Shown piece after piece: positions 11,334-21,402 of a DNA stretch of 28,907 nt; the first letter of the stretch is position 1; each line of letters opens with the position of its first letter. Both the position numbers and the translations under genes were made by a program. Under the pieces are notes generated by a model that saw nothing but the letters and a program-made list of their open reading frames with translations, was not told the origin of the DNA and ran no database searches. Source of the DNA: Octopus sinensis (taxonomy: Eukaryota); contig NW_021833354.1 in assembly GCF_006345805.1 (NCBI RefSeq), positions 1 to 28,907 of the forward strand, in the 5' to 3' direction.

Positions 11334-11556
11334 TTCTCAAATTAGAGAACAAATGTTTCAAAAATATTACCTCGAAGGTAATGACAATGTTTAAACACAG
11401 AATTTTCTGCCCCGTAGGGCGAAAATTACCGTTACACAACGGACAACTGTTCAATTCACGAGTAACACAAACAACAACGAACAAAAAATACGAACTCACT
11501 CAACAAAAAGGCAGCAAAATTCTCAAAACGCAGATGAAAGAGGTGTCCCTAGACAA

Positions 11557-11580
11557 GTAACAATCATAGTTGTCGATGAA
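11557..11580. repeat. Target-site duplication (right) of the L1/Tx1 element
   Basis: 22/24 identical to 6021-6044. Confidence 0.85.
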
Positions 11581-11705
11581 AAGTGGGTTTCCTTCACAAA
11601 TACTTATCCCATTTCCAGTATCGTAAAGACACTGATATCGAAAAGGTGTAATCAAGCAATAATAAATCTTAGAGCGAGTTATAAACAGTATCTGCAACAC
11701 ATCGC

Positions 11706-11830
11706 GACGTGTATTTGCCATTTAAATATGGCTAACTCCTAAGGGTGGATGCTACTGTAGTTTGTAGCCCCAGGAAGACACCTCCTCCAACTGGCTTTAG
11801 ACACACTTTCTGTGCCCTATCAGTATTTGC
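11706..11830 (+). repeat. Direct repeat A (right), pLTR-like unit
   Basis: Matches 5842-5941; followed directly by a plus-strand HHR motif. Confidence 0.9.
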
Positions 11831-11871
11831 ACGCCGATGACGGGTCAATATCCAGAAACTCGAGTTCGTGT
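11829..11871 (+). ncRNA. Minimal type I hammerhead ribozyme motif (family 2; variant core CCGATGA)
   Basis: GCACG-CCGATGA-CGGGTCAATATCCA-GAAA-CTCGAG-TT^CGTGT; inverted homologue of 5979-6023. Confidence 0.62.
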
Positions 11872-12189
11872 GTATTAGTTCAATAAACATATACTCTACA
11901 GAAGAAGCGTTGAGTAATTCTTCAGTTTAACGTTAAATAGTTTTTATTATAACTTGACATAAAAACAAACATTTATATATATGTGCATGCTCGCTTGTGA
12001 CCAAATTTTCTAATGACTACATGTCTCCCACAATAGTACTGAGTTGACTATAGCTACACCCCCGATAGAAAAAATTCTTAGTTGAGCATCTGTAAAAATC
12101 TGTTATGTTTAGTTGCGTCCCTCTTTACATTCTGAGATCATTCAGCCGGTTCGATAAATAAAATATTACAGTACCAGTCAGGCACTAAT

Positions 12190-12590
12190 CTCAATGGAAT
12201 ACGGACAAAATCCCCTAGGATAAAATCCTCCTAAGACAAAACTCCCCCGGACAAAATCCCGTTAGTTAAAGCGCGAAAGAGGACAAAATCCCCTCAATTT
12301 TATTTTTGGCGAAGGTGTACAATATGCATCCAACCCCATATTTTTTTTTTTTTTTACAGATTCCAACGTTTTCGGCGACGGAGATTCTGACTCTGACAAA
12401 AAAAAAAAAAAAAAAAAACCGAAAACGTAGGAATCGGTAAAAAAAAAAAAAAGTATGGTGTAGGATGCTTATTGTACACCTCCGCCAAAAATATAACTGA
12501 GGTGGTTTTGTCCTCTTTCGCACTTTAACTTAGGATGTTTTGTCCTAGGGGTCTGGGGTTTATCCTAAGGTGTTTTTGTCTTCCACTCAG
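12190..12590. mobile_element. Fold-back (long-TIR) non-autonomous DNA element
   Basis: Left arm ~12190-12375 is an imperfect reverse complement of right arm 12419-12590, with a 43-bp spacer. Arms contain GGACAAAA(T/C)CCC subrepeats. No clean TSD seen. Confidence 0.8.
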
Positions 12591-12837
12591 TGTCAGTGTA
12601 ATTGGTTGTACTCCAATTGGCTGTAATCGACTGTACTTCAATCCTCAAAATATGTAACCTTGTGCCAATGTAAGAAATCGTTGTAGAGGCAGAAATATAA
12701 GTTAGCGGATTAGATGCGTTACAACGCTTAGTTACGCCTCTTTACCGTAGCATTCAATCTCATTCGAGGATCGACTTCGCACATCATCCAAGATTAGAAA
12801 TTTATGATTTTGTTGTTAATTATAGTTATTGTGAAAT

Positions 12838-12932
12838 ACATGAATGAATGAATAAATAAATAAATAAATAAATACACACATAAATAAACATATAAATAAA
12901 TAATCGCATAAATAAATAGATAAATAAATAAA
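12838..12932. repeat. (AATA)n/(GAAT)n tetranucleotide tract
   Basis: Direct reading. Confidence 0.9.
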
Positions 12933-13139
12933 TAAGGTATCGTATGTTTGAATAAAGGAACATTTTTTTCAAACTGAAAGGTGATCCTATCATTTGGCAG
13001 ACGATAACTGTCAAGTGTCGTCTGCCTTTTTTGATTCTGAAGCAATATTCTTAAATCGAAAAATAATTGTAATGCACAAACAAAATTTAGCTACAAATTT
13101 TAAAATTTTAAACCGATTGAGGTTTAAAAGAGTCAATAT

Positions 13140-13217
13140 GGTGTGGTGGTGGTGGTGGTGGTGGTGGAGTTGTTGAGTTTACTGGTAATTGTGGTGGTGG
13201 TGGTGGTGCTGTTGTTG

Positions 13218-13249
<32 letters not shown>

Positions 13250-13502
13250 GGTGGTGGTGGTGGTGGTGGTGGAGTTGTTGAGTTTACTGGTAATTGTGGT
13301 GGTGGTGGTGGTGCTGTTGTGTTGTTGTTGTGTTGTTGTTGTTGTTGTGGTGGTGGTGGTGGTGGTGGAGTTGTTGAGTTTACTGGTAATTGTGGTGGTG
13401 GTGGTGGTGGAGTTGTTGAGTTTACTGGTAATTGTGGTGGTGGGGTGGTGGAGTTGTTGAGTTACTGGTAATTGTGGTGGTGTGGTGGTGGTGCTGTTGT
13501 TG

Positions 13503-13534
<32 letters not shown>

Positions 13535-13840
13535 GGTGGTGGTGGTGGTGGTGGAGTTGTTGAGTTTACTGGTAATTGTGGTGGGGTGGTGGAGTTGTTG
13601 AGTTTACTGGTAATTGTGGTGGTGGTGGTGGTGTGGTGTTGTTGTTGTTGTTGTGTTGTTGTTGTTGGTGGTGGTGGTGGTGGTGGTGGTGGTGGAGTTG
13701 TTGAGTTTACTGGTAATTGGTGGTGGTGGTGGTGGTGCTGTTGTTGTTGTGTTGTTGTTGTGTGTTGTTGTTGGTGGTGGTGGTGGTGGTGGTGGAGTTG
13801 TTGAGTTTACTGGTAATTGTGGTGGTGGTGGTGGTGGTGC

Positions 13841-13874
<34 letters not shown>

Positions 13875-13948
13875 GGTGGTGGTGGTTGTGGTGGTGGTGG
13901 TGGAGTTGTTGAGTTTACTGGTAATGTGGTGGTGGTGGTGGTTGGTGG

Positions 13949-13994
<46 letters not shown>

Positions 13995-14050
13995 GGTGGT
14001 GGTGGTGGAGTTGTTGAGTTTACTGGTAATTGTGGTGGTGGTGGTGGTGC

Positions 14051-14102
<52 letters not shown>

Positions 14103-14130
14103 GGTGGTGGTGGTGGTGGTGGTGGTAATA
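13140..14130. repeat. Compound minisatellite: 11 copies of GGAGTTGTTGAGTTTACTGGTAATTG separated by variable (GGT)n/(GTT)n
   Basis: Core counted by eye 11 times between ~13165 and ~14032. Confidence 0.9.
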
Positions 14131-14715
14131 GTCGTCGTGCGATGCGATTGCGATGGTTGTTTTTACGTTGAAGATGCTGGTGACGGCGGTGGTAGAGGTT
14201 CTGAATCTTGTTATTTTTTGTTATGGCAGCGGTGATGCTGGCGGCAGGAGAAGCGGTTGCGCTTTCAATATTGGCTGTTGTGATGATAATGTTGAAGGGG
14301 CAAGATATGACAGAAGGCGGTGGCGGAGATGATATCCTCCAAGTTGATTGTATTAATGGCGGTGGCGGCGGCAACGGTGCAGTCGTCAGCGGTGATGGTG
14401 GTGGTGGTGGTAATAATGATGTTGTTGGTAAAGGGGTGTGATGGTTTTTGTGTTGGTTGTATTAGTTGCAGTGCTGGTTCTACTAACGGTGGTGAAGGGG
14501 TTAGGATGGAATTCGTACAACTTGCAGTACTGATGGCAGAGGTGGATTTGGTGGTGGTGACGGTGGTGGCGGTGGTGATGGTAATGGCGGTGGTGGTGGT
14601 GGTGGTGGTGGTATTTGTAGCCGAGAGGAATGTTGTTAGCAATGAAGGACTGGGATAGTATTTGTATTGGTTATAGTAGTGGTGGTTGTAGTGGATGATG
14701 GTAAAGTATGGATGA

Positions 14716-14735
14716 CTCTAGAAGTGTTTGCGCGC

Positions 14736-14782
<47 letters not shown>

Positions 14783-14790
14783 TGTGTGCT
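14716..14790. repeat. (TG)n microsatellite
   Basis: Direct reading. Confidence 0.95.
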
Positions 14791-14964
14791 TGGTCGGTTG
14801 GTCGGTTGGGGGTGCGGGTGGGGGTGAAGAGTATTCCTTTCAAATGTCACTTAAAGAAATAATCTTTGGTAATTCTTTTGTTAAGATTATCACCACCCTC
14901 AAAAACACCACCACTGCTACTACTACTACTACTCTTACTACTACTACTACTACTACTACTACTA

Positions 14965-15193
14965 CAAACACCATCACTTCCAGTTCTACTACCAGCAACA
15001 CCACCACCACCACCACCACCAGACTCACAACTAGTAGTAGTAATGAAGCTATGCATTACTACTACTACTACTACTACTAACTACTACTACTACTACTACT
15101 ACAAACACCATCACTTCCAGTTCTACTACCAGCAACACCACCACCACCACCACCACCAGACTCACAACTAGTAGTAGTAATGAAGCTATGCAT

Positions 15194-15197
<4 letters not shown>
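14965..15197. repeat. Tandem duplication of an identical ~96-bp unit embedded in (TAC)n
   Basis: CAAACACCATCACTTCCAG...GAAGCTATGCATTACT at 14965-15060 and 15102-15197. Confidence 0.9.
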
Positions 15198-15282
<85 letters not shown>

Positions 15283-15287
<5 letters not shown>

Positions 15288-15543
15288 TGATGTTGCATGC
15301 CCCTTTGACCCACGAATAGTCAAGAAAGAAGGCGAAAAGATAGATAGATACAGCCCTCTTAAGTATGAAAATTAAGCTATGGAAAATTAAGATAGTGCCA
15401 ATTATTGCTGGGTCCTTGGGAACAGTATCAGAAGCCATCAGGGGGAATATAAAGGAAATTGGAATAGAGTGTCCAGTAGAACTGTTCCAAAAGTTTGCCT
15501 CCTTGGCACGGCCAGAATAATCAGGACAGTATTAGATAGCTGA
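15283..15543 (+). mobile_element. R4/Dong-like non-LTR retrotransposon 3' fragment (restriction-like endonuclease C-terminus)
   Basis: Translates IIDVACPFDPRIVKKEGEKIDRYSPLKYEIKLWKIKIVPIIAGSLGTV...IGIECPVELFQK/CLLGTARIIRTVLDS*, with one frameshift. Confidence 0.75.
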
Positions 15544-15817
15544 AAAGTCATTAATTAACTAATTTGCTTTATAAACCTTTAGTATTTTTCATTTTTATTT
15601 ATTTAAATACTTAACTTTTTTTAATACTTCAGTTTTGACTTTACGAACGTAGGTGTTAAAGTAACAATGAAAAACCTACAAATGAAATATTAATCATATT
15701 GCCATACTTCTATAAATGCGTTACGAATTGGTTGTGTTGTAAACAATCTCAAAAAGAAAGATTAGCAGAAAAATAAACCAAATCCTAAACAGCAACAACA
15801 ACAATAATAATAATAAA

Positions 15818-16029
15818 CCTTTCTACTAAAGGCATGAGGCCTGAAATTTTGGGGAAGGGACTAGTCGATTACATCGACCCCAGTGTTTCAGCTGTTACTA
15901 AATTTATCGATCCCGAAAGGATGAAAGGCATAGTCGACCGCGGAGGAATTTGAACTCAGACCATGAAGACGGAGGAAATAGCGCCAAGTATTTCGCCCAG
16001 CGTGCTAACGATTCTGGCAGCTCACCGCC
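15818..16029 (-). mobile_element. SINE family 2 (variant 3' tail), near full length
   Basis: Minus strand GGCGGTGAGCTGCCAGAATCGTTAGCACGCTGGGCGAAAT...GAGTTCAAATTCC...GCCTTTCATCCTTTCGGG...AAAATTTCAGGCCTCATGCCTTTAGTAGAAAGG, flanked by (AAT)n. Confidence 0.85.
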
Positions 16030-16068
<39 letters not shown>

Positions 16069-16104
16069 TAATAATAATAATAATAATAACAATAATAATA
16101 ATAA

Positions 16105-16197
16105 TCCGTTACTATAGACACAAGGTCTGAAACTTTGGGGAATGGGGCTAGTGGATTACATCGACCTCAGTACGTTACTGGAACTTATTTCATCGAA
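16105..16197 (-). mobile_element. SINE family 2, 3' fragment
   Basis: Matches the 3' part of 15818-16029. Confidence 0.7.
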
Positions 16198-16326
16198 AGA
16201 AGAAGAAGAAGAAGAAGAAGAAGAAGAAGAAGAAGAAGAAGAAGAAAAGAAGAAGAAGAAGAAGAAGAAGAAGAAGAAGAAGAAGAAAATGAAGAAGAAG
16301 AAGAAGAAGAAGAAGAAGAAGAAGAA
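16198..16326. repeat. (GAA)n microsatellite
   Basis: Direct reading. Confidence 0.95.
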
Positions 16327-16885
16327 TACTGTTCTTATGCAGTAAATTTGCCCTGATGCTGTACCAGACACTGGCTCTCATGGTTTCTGATTAACTGATT
16401 GGAGGTGTTATCATGTACATGTGTAAAAGATGGGCTACAGCAAATATTCTTCTCAATACCACAGATTTGCTTGTCGGTTGTTTGACCTTAACCAGTTGAG
16501 CATGTCCTTTAGTGGCTGACGATATGTGCATCTCCGATCACAAGCAGAATTAGTAGGGGAGCATCACAGCCATGTGTTGAGAGGAACTCTTTGAGGCTTG
16601 AATAATACACTTCTGGAAATATGGGTGTTTTCTTCAACATCCTTAAACAACCCTTATTCAAGAAACATTTGAGCAGGATGGGCTACTCGATCTGAAGAAA
16701 ATTCTAACTGGCTCCCGACTGTAAGGTCATGCGCTGTTTATCTTGATATGAGATCACCATGTCGAGCGCTTATGATTGAGAGGCATGTGCCTGGTAGTGA
16801 TGATGGGCATATTAGACTTCGTATATTTTACTCCAGTATCACTTCCCTGACATGCACTGCTCTTTCACTCAATAATAATAATAAT
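16327..16885 (+). mobile_element. Unclassified interspersed repeat ending in an (AAT)n tail (probable retroposon 3' region)
   Basis: Non-coding, relatively GC-balanced block ending CTCTTTCACTC-(AAT)n. Recognised as a recurrent repeat type only by recall; no second copy in this window. Confidence 0.35.
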
Positions 16886-17749
16886 AACAATCCTTTTTAT
16901 TGTAGGTACAATGTCTGAAAATTTGGATGAGGAATAAAACTGGAAAAATTCCTTGGAAGTTACAAAAATAGCTTTGAAAAGATTAAATCAAAAAGTATAG
17001 CAAATTAATATATTTTCATTTAATGATATTTAAAAAGTGACTTTTAAGCATTCACGTATTCGTTTCGTTTACTCAGGATATCCAAGTCTGTTTTTGTATT
17101 GTCATGGATTGCGTTGGTTTCGTTAATGATCCCAGAGACATATGAACCTAAAGCCAAAGATCATCGCTTTTTTAATTCAATGCGATAGCTATCAGAGTAC
17201 AAGTTTCTACTGACTATCACCACAAAAGACGGGAGGGGGAGAGATGGAGAGAGAAAGAAAGAGAAGCAGAGGCAGAGAGAAAGTGATCTCAGACTGTAAT
17301 TCAATCTCGTGACACAAAACCGGCAACGTGATTCAAACGCATCTGACTTATTGAACATCCAATGATGGTAATAATGATGACGATGATTATTTCTTTTATT
17401 TGGTATCAATAGAAATAATGAAAATGTTTTCTTTTATTGGGAGTGAAAACAATAGTGTTTTTACATGGAGCAAAAAGAAAACGAAAATCTGAAACGAAAC
17501 AAAAAAAAAGAATAATATTAGGTAACAAAACCTCAAGAAAAATGGTTCCTACTAATGCAAAGACCACCAAGAGCAATTCGCGAGGAAAATCCCTACAAAG
17601 TTTCGTATTGCTCTGATACATCAAGGGTATCAAAAGTGCCATCTCCTCCTTTCTTATCCCTTGTTCACTGTTGTATTATCATAGTAGGTCCATTTAGCCT
17701 CGTCAGTCACGCTGTTCTCACCCACCTTTTGTAAAACACACGAGAAGGT

Positions 17750-19050
17750 GGTACCTCTTTCCACTCACATCACCCTCTTCTTCAAGCGGTCATTGGAGAA
17801 GTCTTGGCCGGAATGGAAACCAGGCACAAATCCCCGAGAAATTATTTTTACAGAAGTAAACCCAAACATAAATAAGCCAAATGACCCAAATTATTTAGAA
17901 TCCATGGCAGTTGTAAGGGAAATTGGATTCGATTTTAATCGAGTAAGATCTTTGTCAGCCATACCTGAAAAAAAAAAAATGAGCGAAATGAAAATATATC
18001 AAACAAAATTCCTAAAAAAAAAACGAAAGGATTATTCTTACTTAGTGAATTAGAAAGGAAAGAACTATAATATAAAAAAAGATAAAACAAACTATATATT
18101 AAGAAAATATGACATGAAAGTAAGAGATTTCTTAAAGCGAAATAAAAATTTTGAATAACTTATCTTAGCCAAGTCGGTTAAGACGCTTTGTAAAACGTGA
18201 CTGATTCTTTCTTCAGAATAAGTTATTTAAAACAAATATAAAAAAATAAAAACATATCCGAGACATCAATAAATAATGCATAACATTGGATGAAGTATCA
18301 ACATCAACTGAAATGCCATCTATTGGGAGAAAATATGGAATGAAAACACACCGCACAATAAAACTGTATAATGGATTAGAAAGGAACGGAAGAAGGAAAA
18401 TGCAATAACACAGGCATTTACCCTGCACAAAAAGTGTGAGGAATTCATCGATACATAAAGCTTGCCAGTAAGTGGAAATTTCCTAAATTTCTTGTATTAC
18501 ATGAATTTGTGGCAGCCGTATACAATGAGAGACTAAAGTGACCCGAATGAACATCTAACGTGTTACTAGAGCGTGGGGGGAAACATACAATATTAATTCG
18601 CAAAAGTAAGAAAAGGAAAGATCAGAGACTCCAAAAACCAGAAATTGATAACCTGTGTATCAATAGTATGCGAAGACCTGATGTCTATGTTCTCGAACAA
18701 GCTAACTGTTCATCAGGAAAGTAATAACATCTTTTGTGAATCGAGTGAGTGTTGGAAAGAAATATGTGATTCTGAAGGACAGTTATTGGTAGTGAACAGC
18801 TACTGAAGACAGCAAAAGGAAAAACATAAATCTAAGCATGGCATGCATTGATTACCAAAACAGCGTTTAACATCTTACCCGCCGCATAGATATTGAAGAT
18901 ACTGTTTATAAACACTGAAGCTCCAACATTAACACAGTATATTAATCATGCCTTGTCGAAATGGGAACCAAAGACTCTGACCATTATACAAAATTATAAT
19001 CTGTCCTCACACCATAGAATGAATTATGCAAGAAGACTTCCTATCTCCCC
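17750..19050 (+). mobile_element. Heavily decayed R4/Dong-like retrotransposon (N-terminal region + RT)
   Basis: Colinear fragments across stops and frameshifts: ...MAVVREIG...RKDYSYL; RLRRFVKR..QNKLFKTN; YWEKIWNENTPHNK..WI; SKWKFP; ITCVS; NNIF; QLL..N; NLSMACIDY..AFN; ILKILFI...INHALSKW. Confidence 0.65.
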
Positions 19051-19383
19051 TACTCTTTCGTCTAACTCTAAGTTTATTTACATAATAAAGCTATATCTAT
19101 TTACACATCATAACCCTTCTCACTCCGATAAACAACACAAGAAAATTAAGAACTAACAAATAATTTCACGATAATTAAAAACACTAGACCAATTATATGA
19201 TTTTAGTTTGATAAAATAAACAGAAGTAGAAAACAACTTTAACGTATTAAGTACATAGGGTGCTGGTAGATCGTTAGATTGGGCTAAATCCATACATTAT
19301 GTAAGAATAGTGACTAGCATTGATGAGCTATTGATGAAATTTGTTAGACCAAATCGATTATATATACAAACATACATACATTC

Positions 19384-19420
<37 letters not shown>

Positions 19421-19499
19421 TATGTAACCACACACACACACATATGTATATATAATATACATTTATATGTAACTATATATATATGTGTAACCACATATA

Positions 19500-19700
19500 T
19501 ATATGTCGACCGTTGGCAATGTTTTTCCTGTCTTCCTTTTTCTCTTGGATTTTCCTCTATTTCCTGTTTCTGAAGAACTTTGTTCGGAACGTAAAACACC
19601 CTTTCCTTCTCTGGGCGTCATATTAATTACTTTGCATGCACCATGTCCTTGCGTTGTTGTTGTTTTTTCTTGTGCTTTTTTTTCTCTGTTTCTTTTATCA
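19500..19700 (+). mobile_element. HHR-bearing short repeat (family 1)
   Basis: Homologous to the reverse complement of 2258-2390. Confidence 0.6.
19565..19598 (+). ncRNA. Degenerate minimal hammerhead motif (canonical core CTGAAGA)
   Basis: TGTTT-CTGAAGA-ACTTTGTTC-GGAA-CG-TA^AAACA: perfect 5-bp stem I, but GAAA is mutated to GGAA and stem II is partly deleted. Confidence 0.5.
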
Positions 19701-19702
19701 AT

Positions 19703-19744
<42 letters not shown>

Positions 19745-19745
<1 letters not shown>

Positions 19746-19895
19746 CTATAAAGTTCAAAATTGTACAAAAAACAAAAAACAAAAGACAGCGACAGGTGAG
19801 GGAACAACAAATAAAGCGTATTAGTTTGATGCTCAGGAGAAATGGAAGAGGCGTTGACTTTTCGAGCCTACGCTCTTCTACAGGAAAGAATTAGG
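19745..19895 (-). mobile_element. HHR-bearing short repeat (family 1), tail-to-tail with 19500-19700
   Basis: Reverse-complement homologue of 22360-22500. HHR-like motif CTGTAGA-A-GAGC-GTAG-GCTC-GAAA-AG-TC at 19883-19856. Confidence 0.6.
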
Positions 19896-19914
19896 AGAGA
19901 AAGCAGATGGATTA

Positions 19915-20495
19915 ATGGTTGAATTAACGCTGTCCTCAATAAAGCAGTTTTATGAGTATATTCTACCATCATGTCAATCCCAAATTCTCCAACAAATTCA
20001 CAAACCTGGTTGTTCATGTCCTTCATTGCCCACATTCGTGCAATTCCATTTTTTTGTATGTTGTACTTTTCAATCTTTTCCAGTTCTTTGACACCATCTT
20101 GTGCCTCCTCAGGTATGACAATATCTATGATTTTGGTTTCCTCCTTCCTTTTATGCACTACAACAAAGTCTGGTCTCCGAGTATCAATCACTGAGTCACA
20201 CTGGCATGTAAAATCCAATATCTATTTCTTTACTGCCCACAAGGGGCTAAACACAGAGGGGACAAACAAGGACAGACAAACGGATTAAGTCGATTATATC
20301 GACCCCAGTGCGTAACTGGTACTTATTCAATCGACCCCGAAAGGATGAAAGGCAAAGTCGACCTCGGCGGAATTTGAACTCAGAACGTAACGGCAGACGA
20401 AATACGGCTACGCATTTCGCCCGGCGTGCTAACGTTTCTGCCAGCTGGCCGCCTTGTAAAATCCAATATCTTTTACTCATTATGCTCGGACCTAC
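19915..20495 (-). mobile_element. R4/Dong-like retrotransposon 3' fragment (RLE domain), interrupted by a SINE
   Basis: EHNE*KI-LDFTCQCDSVIDTRRPDFVVVHKRKEETKIIDIVIPE...KELEKIEKY..KNGIARMWAMK...KTALLRTA carries the RPD...D PD-(D/E)xK-type signature. Confidence 0.8.
20224..20454 (-). mobile_element. SINE family 2, full length, with 17-bp TSD
   Basis: Starts GGCGGCCAGCTGGCAGAAACGTTAGC and ends GGGCAGTAAAGAAAT. Perfect TSD TGTAAAATCCAATATCT at 20207-20223 and 20455-20471. Confidence 0.92.
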
Positions 20496-20935
20496 AAAAA
20501 ATAATGTGTGTCACACCCTCAACAAGTTACACACTCACAAGCCACGAGCCATTAAATGACACCATAACGACATTTATGATTTTTGCTTTTGATTCATAAG
20601 TAAGGAGTTATAACTTGAATATATTAAATTACTGAACTTCCCTCATTTATTTATGTGCAGGATAGAAACTACTCGTATATTTACATTTTAGCTAAAGATT
20701 AGAATTTGTGATTTTATATATCAATGAGAATAAAATTCACAACCATCTGCAGTTGCGTATCACTGGGGCAGTAGTTGTTATGATAGACCAGTGTGATTGT
20801 ATATCTGGATGTGACTGCCAAAATAAAACTTTAATAAATTATTGATGCGTTAGCAAAGAATATTGCAAATGCACAAGTACAAATATAGATTTTAGCCAAC
20901 AGAATATTTTTATAGATTTCACCCAGAGATTTTTA

Positions 20936-21095
20936 GGCGTAGGAGTGGCTGTATGGTAAGTAGCTTGCTTACGAACCACATGGTTCCGGGTTCAGTCCGT
21001 GGCACCTTGGGTAAGTGTCTTCTACTATAGCCTCAGGCCGACCAAAGCCTTGTGAGTGAATTTGGTACACGGAAACTGAAAGAAGCCTGTCGTGT
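20936..21095 (+). mobile_element. SINE family 1, 5' half
   Basis: GGCGTAGGAGTGGCTGTATGG (A box) ... GGTTCAGTCC (B box) ... GAAACTGAAAGAAGCCTGTCG, then (TA)n. Confidence 0.88.
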
Positions 21096-21338
21096 ATATT
21101 TATATATATATATATATAAATTAATAATAAATATTAGGGAATAAATCCAAACTTACAGGGAAAAATCAGATTTAGGATTGAATCCAATTTTATAGTAAAA
21201 TATTATATTATATTAAATTAGAGATAAAACCACTATTAGGCAAATCATACAATGAAAAACTTAAGCCAATACATAAGATTATTTAATTTATATTATTTAA
21301 ATATATAACAAAATTATTAAAAAATATAATTAATATAA

Positions 21339-21402
21339 CACTACGATCGTTTCATGGCTGTTAATTTCTAAAAATTTTCGAGTTACAGTCATTCATCAGG
21401 TG
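21339..21402 (-). ncRNA. Type I hammerhead ribozyme motif with canonical core (family 3)
   Basis: Minus strand reads CAC-CTGATGA-ATGACTGT-[loop]-ACAGCCAT-GAAA-CGATCG-TA^GTG: 7/8-bp stem II, palindromic ACGATCGT stem III, GUA triplet, short stem I. Confidence 0.7.

Larger units (their letters stand above)
6045..11556 (-). mobile_element. Full-length L1-clade (Tx1-like) non-LTR retrotransposon, decayed, with internal SINE
   Basis: 5' UTR ~11334-11556, ORF1 ~9930-11333, ORF2 6299-9884. The 3' UTR ends AATAAAGAAA at 6054-6045. Flanked by a 24-bp TSD. Confidence 0.92.

Noticed and set aside
5842-11830. LTR retrotransposon with repeat A as LTRs
   Set aside because: There are no TG...CA ends, PBS or PPT. 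The interior is an APE-type L1 with its own TSD lying inside the repeats.
13140-14130. CRISPR-like array (constant repeat plus variable spacers)
   Set aside because: The spacers are simple (GGT)/(GTT) runs of irregular length, there are no cas genes, and the context is eukaryotic.
18180-18220. Minus-strand CTGAAGA hammerhead candidate
   Set aside because: No GAAA or stems; the sequence is part of the decayed R4-like coding region on the plus strand.
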